A DNA stretch of 64,000 nt from an uncultured virus (IMG/VR IMGVR_UViG_3300025751_003710). Taxonomy: Duplodnaviria; Heunggongvirae; Uroviricota; Caudoviricetes. The translations under genes were made by a program, and so were the position numbers. This document shows, in pieces, positions 48,316 through 57,100 of the stretch (positions are counted from its first letter, which is position 1; the number at the start of each line of letters is the position of its first letter). A model generated the notes under the pieces. That model was given only the letters and a program-made list of their open reading frames with translations. It was not told where the DNA came from and did not search any database. Where the stretch lies: the IMG/VR virus record IMGVR_UViG_3300025751_003710. One strand, written 5' to 3'.

Positions 48316-49890
48316 ATGGCAGAAGAAGATTTTCACATTAGAAGAGTTATTTCTAATCTTTCAGAATCATTGAAAGAGGTAGAATCGCGTGGTGATGATC
48401 CAGAACCTAGTACACCAGCAAAAATAGAGTACTTAGTTACTCAAAATCCAGACGGTAGTTGGACAAGAGAGAAAAGAGTCTACGAGATTTTTGAAACTCC
48501 TTTACAGATAAAAAATAAGGAGTTAGAAAGAAGTAAAGAATTAACTAATAATTATAGAGAAATTGCTAAAGCATACGATAAAATTATAAATGATTATAAT
48601 ACACAAATAAATCAGAAAAAGCAAGAAATACTGTCAATTTTTAATAATGCAGTTAGTGAAGGATGTACAATAGAAGATTATTCAACAGATTCTTCACCAC
48701 TAATTATTGAAGGGGCTTCAGTTGGATTGGGATCTACAATTTATAATGACAAACTTACCATTTCCAGATATTTAAATATAGAAAATTTTGGTATAGATAA
48801 TTTATTTGAATCAACATCAGAAGAATTGGAAGAAAATTTATTTGGGTATGGGTATGAAACAGAATCTCAACAAAATAGTGGATCTTCAATTGGAAATTTT
48901 ACAAATTTAACATCTCCATCTGTTGGAGATTGTGTTGGATATGCAAATTCTATAATCACATTATCTTCGGAAATTCAATCTTTAAGATTACAAAGAGATA
49001 CTCAAATATCAGCAGTAAATACTGTTAAAAATTCTTTGAATGAACAACAATTTGAGGAATGGACTACTAATACAATTAATGATACATCTCAAGAAATCAA
49101 TGACTTAAAAACTACTATCAGTAATTTTAATAATATTACTGAAAATATTACTTTAGATAATTTATTTTTCTATGTTGACGCATCTAGAAAATACTCAATA
49201 AATGTTTCTCTAGACACTAAAACTGGAATTAATAGCATAGTTGGGGTTGAAAATTTAGGATCTGACGGAACTAATCTTATAATTTCAGATATCAATCCAA
49301 CGTTTGATGACACAGAAGAAAGGGGAAGTTTATGGTTTAATCAATATAATTATAACACTAAATTTTTAGAATCTAGGAAAAATTATGTTGGCAACGATTC
49401 TAAAATTGCTATAGGTGATACTTCTTTTAGCATGGAATCTTGGATATATCTAACTGCAGATACTGGATTAACTTCAGATATTAATGGTGGAGGTGCAAGT
49501 ATTGTGGGCGTTGCCTCTACTGCTGGTTATGGAATGCAAATTTACAAATCTGGTGATGATGTAAAAGTTAATTTTGGATCTAGAGGAGATGATAGTTTAG
49601 ATAGCTCAAAAATTAATTTAAATACTTGGTATCATATTGTTTCCGTCAAAGAACAAGGAAAAGGATCATCAATTTACATAAATGGAAGTTTAGATACTAG
49701 TGATAGAAATGCCACTTTAAATATAATTGATACAGATGAACCTTTACGTATTGGATTTTCTTCCTCTACATATATTCAAAATGTATTTCCAGGAAAAATA
49801 TCTCTCGTCAGATTGTATTCAAAGGCACTTACCAAAAATGAAGTTGAGAAGAATTTCAACGCCAACAAAGAGAAGTATGGGTACACTTGA
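48316..49890 (+). CDS. Coiled-coil protein with a C-terminal LamG/concanavalin-like domain
   Basis: FSMESWIY...NTWYHIV...IYINGSL...G.I..VRLYSKALT..EV..NFNA. Confidence 0.75.
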   Translation: MAEEDFHIRRVISNLSESLKEVESRGDDPEPSTPAKIEYLVTQNPDGSWTREKRVYEIFETPLQIKNKELERSKELTNNYREIAKAYDKIINDYNTQINQKKQEILSIFNNAVSEGCTIEDYSTDSSPLIIEGASVGLGSTIYNDKLTISRYLNIENFGIDNLFESTSEELEENLFGYGYETESQQNSGSSIGNFTNLTSPSVGDCVGYANSIITLSSEIQSLRLQRDTQISAVNTVKNSLNEQQFEEWTTNTINDTSQEINDLKTTISNFNNITENITLDNLFFYVDASRKYSINVSLDTKTGINSIVGVENLGSDGTNLIISDINPTFDDTEERGSLWFNQYNYNTKFLESRKNYVGNDSKIAIGDTSFSMESWIYLTADTGLTSDINGGGASIVGVASTAGYGMQIYKSGDDVKVNFGSRGDDSLDSSKINLNTWYHIVSVKEQGKGSSIYINGSLDTSDRNATLNIIDTDEPLRIGFSSSTYIQNVFPGKISLVRLYSKALTKNEVEKNFNANKEKYGYT

Positions 49891-49903
49891 TCAACTGGCA
49901 CAA

Positions 49904-49932
49904 TTGACACTCATATCAAGATGCTCTATAAT
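49904..49932 (+). promoter_or_regulatory. Consensus sigma70 promoter
   Basis: TTGACA - 17 nt - TATAAT. Confidence 0.85.
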
Positions 49933-49961
49933 ACGTGGGTAATCAAGGGAACCCCCCCATC

Positions 49962-50156
49962 ATGAACAACACTGCTGAGTACGTTGAAGGTATTGTGATT
50001 GACATTTGCTCTCGTTCATTCCTTCTTTTGAGTGATCAGGGGGATGAAAAATTTGTTGAATGTGAAACTGTTGATCAGTTTATGAATGTTCTTGAAGTTG
50101 TTACTGCCAATCTTGATGAGGATCAAATTGAATATGCAGAGCTTGCAACTACCTGA
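49962..50156 (+). CDS. Small acidic hypothetical protein
   Basis: ATG at 49962 in frame with track ORF 49935-50156; downstream of the promoter. Confidence 0.65.
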   Translation: MNNTAEYVEGIVIDICSRSFLLLSDQGDEKFVECETVDQFMNVLEVVTANLDEDQIEYAELATT

Positions 50157-50170
50157 TAAATAATGCAACT

Positions 50171-50344
50171 ATGAAATTTTTTACAGTGCAAGAATGGGAA
50201 GAAAACTTTGATGAATTATTTGAAAGAGTTGAAAATGGAGAAACGATAGGTATAGTCAATCAAAAGGGTGATAAAGCTGTGATGATGCCTGCTAATGACG
50301 ATTTATTGAAGATGTACATCGAAGACAACCACGAAGCACCTTGA
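50171..50344 (+). CDS. Phd/YefM antitoxin-like small protein (57 aa, not in the ORF track)
   Basis: MKFFTVQEWEENFDELFERVENGETIGIVNQKGDKAVMMPANDDLLKMYIEDNHEAP*. Confidence 0.55.
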   Translation: MKFFTVQEWEENFDELFERVENGETIGIVNQKGDKAVMMPANDDLLKMYIEDNHEAP

Positions 50345-50369
50345 CAAATCACGACTCTTACCTTATAAT
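50341..50369 (+). promoter_or_regulatory. Consensus sigma70 promoter for the RNA cluster
   Basis: TTGACA - 17 nt - TATAAT; predicted start near 50376. Confidence 0.85.
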
Positions 50370-50380
50370 TACTACAGCGA

Positions 50381-50544
50381 GGACTTGAGACGTTCCAACC
50401 AAAGGTGCCCAGCGGTTCGGATATACCGAAACCCTGTAGTTGGGAAATAACTCCCTTTGGATATTCGGGGTGGTTCCCGTCTTATTCCGATGTGAAACTG
50501 TCAGTATACTGGGTGTAGCGCCCACATAGTATACGGATAAGTCC
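50381..50544 (+). ncRNA. Structured RNA, manA-motif-like
   Basis: Closing stem GGACTT/AAGTCC; internal stems CCAAAGG/CCTTTGG, TTCGG/CCGAA, GAGACG/CGTCTT, GTATACT/AGTATAC, TGGG/CCCA; adjacent to tRNAs, as described for cyanophage manA RNAs. Confidence 0.55.
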
Positions 50545-50552
50545 ATCGTCAT

Positions 50553-50624
50553 GGGACTATCGCATATTGGTTAATGCCCACTGCTTATAACGGTGTGAAC
50601 TGGGTTCAATTCCCAGTAGTCCTA
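50553..50624 (+). tRNA. tRNA-Ile (anticodon UAU)
   Basis: Acceptor GGGACTA/TAGTCCT, anticodon arm CACTG-CTTATAA-CGGTG, T loop TTCAATT; CCA not encoded. Confidence 0.9.
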
Positions 50625-50647
50625 TTTGCTATTCGCAAATAGCAAAC

Positions 50648-50720
50648 GCTCCTTTAGCAATCTGGTGAATGCAGCGAACTCATAATTCGCCTAAGGTGTG
50701 TTCGATCCACACAAGGAGCA
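50648..50720 (+). tRNA. tRNA with CAU anticodon (elongator Met, or Ile2)
   Basis: Acceptor GCTCCTT/AAGGAGC, anticodon arm GCGAA-CTCATAA-TTCGC, T loop TTCGATC; CCA not encoded. Confidence 0.88.
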
Positions 50721-50748
50721 TCTAAATACTAAATAATGGGTTTATCCT

Positions 50749-51048
50749 ATGAGTTCTAGTATTAAAATATCTTCCAAGTATTGTTGGTACAATAATGGTA
50801 GTATAATTGTAAAAGTATTTTTTGTAAATGGAATTCCATTTACATTCGATGAACTCCCAGATGGTCACCTATATGATTTAGATCTGGTAGAAATTGCAAA
50901 TTCAAATGAGTCTTACGAGATGGAAGACTTATATAAATCTTCATCATATTTGATAGAAGAAGAGGCACATCCAATGCTATTTCCAGTGGAATTGGACAAT
51001 CCACAAGACTTACCAGATTTTGAATATATTGACTATGATGGTGTATGA
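50749..51048 (+). CDS. Conserved cyanophage hypothetical protein
   Basis: YCWY....IVK..F.NGIPFTFDEL...YLIEEEAHP; late-promoter-like CTAAATA at 50722. Confidence 0.65.
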   Translation: MSSSIKISSKYCWYNNGSIIVKVFFVNGIPFTFDELPDGHLYDLDLVEIANSNESYEMEDLYKSSSYLIEEEAHPMLFPVELDNPQDLPDFEYIDYDGV

Positions 51049-51108
51049 AATAGGGAATAATTACTGAACTAAATAGATCATAGAAATAATTTTGATCCAT
51101 ATACTCCG

Positions 51109-54100
51109 ATGCCTCTTAATAAGTTAGAGAATTTTATCAAGAATTATGAGGGTAGAATTCTATATGTAAATTCCAACGACTTAGATGCTACAGATAGCGT
51201 TACCAATCAAGGTAATTCTTTAGCAAAACCATTTAAGACTATTCAGAGAGCGTTGATAGAATCCGCGAGATTCTCCTTTGTTCCTGGCGAAAATAATGAT
51301 AAGAACGATAGAACAACTATTCTGGTTTTCCCAGGAGATCATATAATTGATAATAGGCCAGGATGGGGAATACTTGATGGTGGTGTTGCCTTAGCTAATG
51401 CAAAATCACCTTCTGGTGCTGTTGTTAGCCCTGCATCAAATATATTTGATTTAAGTCTTCAAACTAATTTTGATTTAACGCAAGAAGATAATGCATTATA
51501 CAAATTCAATAGTGTTAATGGTGGTGTAGTAATACCACGTGGTACTTCTATTGTTGGTTTAGATTTAAGAAAAACAAAAATTAAACCAAAATATGTACCA
51601 AATCCAACCGATGATAGTGTACCAACAGCATCAATATTCAGAGTAACTGGTAATTGTTTCTTCTGGAACTTCAGTTTCTTTGATGCTGATTCTTCAGAAG
51701 AAGTTTATACTGATAATCAAGTATTTACTGAGGTTTCAGGAAATAAAGCACTCCCAACATTTTCTCACCATAAATTAACTTGTTTTGAATACTGTGATGG
51801 TGTAAACATTCCAACTGGTTATGAGCAGACTGACTTGGATATGTATTATGCCAAGTTATCAAATGCATTCAACCAAGCATCTGATAGAGAAATTCCCGAA
51901 AGTCAAAAATTCCCATTATTACCAGAAGGATTCTCTAAAATAAGAAGTGAATGGGAAATTGTGGGTGCTTTTGCAACCGATCCTGTTCAAATAACAGATA
52001 TTTTCTCTGGAGACAGAGCAACAGCAAACTCCACAGTTACTGTTACAACAAACGTTCCTCATGGATTTAGTGTCGATACTCCGATTACAATTCGAGGGGT
52101 CAATGTCTTTGATTATAACATTTCAACGGTAGTACAAACAGTACCATCACCAACTACTTTCACATATCAAATACAGGCAGTAAGAAATGATTTATCTGCA
52201 GATCCTGGTGGTGATGCTTCAGTTATAATCGATACAGATACTGTAAAAGGTTCTTCTCCATATATTTTCAACTGTTCGTTGAGATCTGTTTGGGGAATGA
52301 ATGGAATGCACGCTGACGGATCTAAGGCATCTGGATTCCGCTCAATGGTTGTTGCTCAGTTTACTGCAATATCTCTCCAAAAAGATGACAGAGCTTTTGT
52401 AAAATATGATCCATTCAGTAAAACTTACTTAGGTGTACCTAGAACTGGTGAAGATGGGTACGAGAATTCAAAGGGTGCTGAATTGTCATCTGGATCAGCA
52501 CAAACAGATCCGTCTAGGGTATATCACTTAGATGCAGATGCAATTTATAGGAGAGGTTGGGAAACTTCACATATAAGAATGTCTAACGATTCAATCATTC
52601 AGGTTGTGTCAGTTTTCGCAATTGGTTTCAATAAACATTTTGTTGCTGAGTCTGGTGGTGATGCTTCAATCACAAACTCCAACTCAAACTTTGGTCAAAT
52701 TGCATTAAGTGCTGAAGGATTTAAGAAAGAATCCTTTAGTAAAGATAATTATGGATATATCACTTCGATTATTACACCAAAATCAATTAAACGTGTAGAA
52801 CAATCAACTGACTGGTTAACAATTGATATTGATAAAACTACAAATATAGGTATTTCAAGTCACTTATATCTGTTTGGATTTACAACCTTAGATAATCCAC
52901 CACCATCACTTGTTTCTGGTGCTAAGGTTGGTGCGAGAGAAGATGAAAACCTTAATTTAATTTTACCTGGTATTGCTCAAACTCTTACCAGTGGTAAAAT
53001 TTTGATGACAGATAATGTTGTTACACCAACTCAATTATGGTCTGAAGGAACAACTAGTTCTGTTAAAGAATATCAAATATCTCAATATGCACAAGCACCC
53101 GATTACCAAACTATTGTAACTTCTAAAATACACAATATTCAAACTGGAGAAAAAATAGTATTTGTTAGTGATACTGGTGAACTTCCAGATAATATTGAAC
53201 AGGGTGTAGTATATTATGCTATTAGAGGTGCTGGTGTTCAATCTTCACAATTAAAAGTTGCAACATCCTTAACAAATGCAATAAATGGTGTTGCGATAAA
53301 AGTAAACGGTGGAGCAAATTTAAGAGTACTGAGTAGAGTTATTGATAAAGATAGTGGGGATTTTGGTCATCCAATTCAATTTGATGAAAACAATTCAAAT
53401 TGGTTTATTCATGTAGATGCAGCAAACACAATTTATACTAATGTTGTTGATGGTGGACAAGTAGCTTTTGATAATGAACCAAGAACAAATTCTACTTTTG
53501 TAAATAGAATTCCCGATCCAAGAAGTTTAGACGAGCGTCTTTATAAGGTTAGAATAGTAGTTCCAAAAGAAGCTCCGAATGCTAAATCTCCAGCAGAAGG
53601 ATTTGTAATTCAAGAAACAAGCAAAACTGCTGCATTAGAAAATTCAGAATTTACATTATCAAATATTGGTCTGAATAACTTTGATTATAAGAGAAATTAT
53701 CGATATATTGCAAATATAACTGAAGCAACTGATGTTGTAACTGTTACAACTGAAGTTCCTCATTCACTAAAACTTGGTGATAGAGTCCTTATTAAAAAAG
53801 TAAAATCGACAGAAAATACTACTGGATTAGACAATAAAGGATACAATGGTGATTTTATTGTTACAGGAATAACTAATCACAAACAATTTACATATTCAAC
53901 TACAGATATTAATGGTATAGAGCATAATGTTGGTGTATTTACACAACCAACTGTACGTGATAATAATCTACCTTTCTATGAAAGAAATGATTTACAATCA
54001 AACCTCTATATTTATAGAGTTGAAACTATCACTCCATATAGCTTTAATGCTCAAGATGGTGTTTATCATGCTTATGTATTAAAAGCAGATAGAGCTATTC

Positions 54101-57100
54101 CAAACCATTTTACAGACTATAAGTATAGTCAAAATGTTGTGGACTTATATCCACAACAAGATAGAGATAATATCGATGAAAATCCATCGGCAGCATTCTC
54201 GTATGCAAAGAATTCTCCACTTGGTGATGTTGTAACTAATGATCTTAAAAAGAGTATCACAAGAGAAGCATTAGACACTTTAATTAAAGATCTTGGTGGT
54301 GCTTTAACTATTGATAGTGTAGGAACATTTGATTCTGCTCAAGGAACTATTGAAATAACATTTGATAGAGAACATGGATTTAATGGTATTAATGGATATA
54401 CCACAATAACTGGCAATACAGGAAACTCTTTTGCTGAAGGTACATCATATAATGTACGTCTATTAAATCAAAATGCACTTTGGAATGGTGCAACAGCAAC
54501 TGTTACAGTTAATCAGGGACAAGGTAATATTTCATCCCTTGAAATTTCTGATCATGGATGTGGGTATACAAATAATCAAATTCTTTCCGTAGAAGGATTT
54601 AGCCCAGTAACAATAACTGTTACAGATTCATGCATTTCAAAATCCGAAAATGACATATTAGAAATTAGTGGTATAGGAACAGCCTCTGACAATTTATTAA
54701 GAATTGCAAGTGTTACTGATACAACAACTGTTGCTGTAGCTAGAACTTCTGGGGATCCAATTATTGTCACTGGACAATATGCAACACAAGTTGGTCCATC
54801 TACAATTACTAAAGAAGTTCAATTTGATAGCAGCGTTGGTATAACAACATTTATATTTGAACATGGACATATGATGTCCGTTGGAAATAAATTTAAAATT
54901 GTAAATGATGATATTGCAGATTCTTATAATGTTGGAGATTTCTTTGTAAAAGAAGTAGTTGGCGTTCATACATTCACAGCAACTACAACTAACTCTATTG
55001 GTACAGGAAATACCCATAGAATTATGAGATATGCATTTAATGCAAATGATGCATTATCAAATGCTTCTAATGAAAATATAGGATCTAGAGGACACCACAT
55101 CTATGATGGTGATTATGCAATCTTAAAGGAAGATGTTAGTGCTATTGATTCGTCTGGAACTGCAACTTTTGCAATTGAAACTGCCAATGCTGGTATTGGA
55201 ACAGTAACTAGATTTGATTTGGGTAGTTATATCTTAATTAATAGTGAAATAATGAGAATATCCAGTGATTCTCTTTCTGGATCTGGAAATGACAAAGTTA
55301 CTGCAATTAGAGGATATTTTGGTACAACTAAAGATAATCACAAAGAAGGTGCTTTGATTAAAAAGATCAAAGTAATGCCTATTGAATTAAGAAGACCTTC
55401 TATTCTTAGAGCATCTGGACATACATTTGAATATCTTGGTTTTGGACCTGGTAACTATTCAACAGGATTACCACAGATTCAAGTAAAAACACTCACAGAT
55501 CGTGAAGATTACTTAGCACAATCCCAAGAAAGATCTGGTGGTTCTGCTCTTTATACTGGAATGAACAGTGATGGTGACTTTTTCATCGGTAATACCAAAC
55601 TTAATGCACAATCTGGTGAGGAAGAAAGTTTTGATATACCAGTTGCGACAGTAACAGGTCAAGATCCATCGAGATTGAGCGTTCTCTACGATGAAGCAAT
55701 TATCAGAGAGCGTATTGTTGTTGAAGGTGGTAAATCTAAACAAATCTTATCACAGTTTGATGGACCAGTCAACTTTAGTGAGAATGTAATTTATAATAGT
55801 GAACAAGTAAAGGTAAATGCTTTATTAGTTACTTCTGGATTAGTTAGATTTAATAATATAACTGAATCGGAAAGCAATAGTACTGGTTCCGTTGTAATGA
55901 GAGGTGGTCTTGGAGTTCTTAAGAACTTAAATGTTGGTGGCAATTTAGTTGTTACTGGAATTACAACGTTTGACGGTGATGTTACATTCAATAAGGGATT
56001 AATCCCAGAAAGTATTGAAAGTGCATATATTGGAACTGAAGGAAGGCCGTGGTCACAAGCATGGATTGGTGGTATTGGTATTGCTACAGAAGGTGTACCA
56101 GGGGGAACTGAACCAGAAGATAGACTTATTAATGGATGGACTGGTGATCTTTTACTCACATCATCTGCTGGTATTGTTTCCGTAACTGATGATTTAACTG
56201 TTGGAAACTACTTATTAGTAAAAGAAAATTCTGGATTTACTGGAGTTGCTACTTTCGGATCAGATTTATTACCAGCAATAGCAGCACCAAATACCGCTGA
56301 TGGTAGAGAAGATGATGATGTTGGTGTAGGTATAGGAAGCACAGGAATTGCATTTAGAGATGCACACATTGGCGCAGTTCAAGTAGGTTATAGTAGTGTT
56401 AATACTATTGATACTTCTGCAAGTGATTTGATTTTAGATTCTTCCACCGATGAAGTTTATGTTGATAGTAATTTAACTGTTAACAAAGTTCTTACCGTTA
56501 TTGAAGGATCAACTTTCACTCAGGAAGCAATTTTTGACCAAAATATTCTACCAAGAAATGATGATCCTGCACTAAATTCTTCAGTAGGTTCTAATCAAAA
56601 GAGATGGTCTGCTGCATATATTGATGCAGTAGAAATTGGAGTAGGAAAAACAAATCAAATCTATGGTGGTCATAATTCAGATCTCATCTTAGATTCGGAT
56701 ACAAATAAAGTACATGTTGAGTCCAGACTGTTTGTTGATAATGATTCCGAATTCTCTGGTATTGTAACTGTTAAGAAGTCAATTCAACCAAATAGTTCGG
56801 CGGGTGAGGGTGCTTGTGGTATTGGATCAACTGATAGGAGATTTACTGAAGCATTTATTGATGATATCCAAATTGGATGGAATGGAACAGCAGAAATAGA
56901 TACTAGAACTGGTAATCTTACGTTAGATTCTGAAGGTGGAACTGTTGAAGTTGATGATCATTTAGATGTTAATGAAACTCTTAATGTTGATGGACAATCC
57001 GAATTTACTGGTATAGTAACATTCAAAGCTGGTATTTTACCAGATGTTGAAGATGGTGCTTATATTGGAAGTGCCGATAAGCCATTTGAAAAAGCATGGA

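Noticed and set aside
41274..49890. Diversity-generating retroelement acting on fibre tips
   Set aside because: No reverse transcriptase and no adenine-variant template/variable repeat pair was seen in this window.
50358..50552. Minus-strand 64-aa ORF
   Set aside because: It overlaps a strongly paired RNA downstream of a + strand promoter and has no protein motifs.
50648..50720. Initiator tRNA-fMet
   Set aside because: It has a paired G1-C72 and lacks the three consecutive G-C pairs in the anticodon stem.
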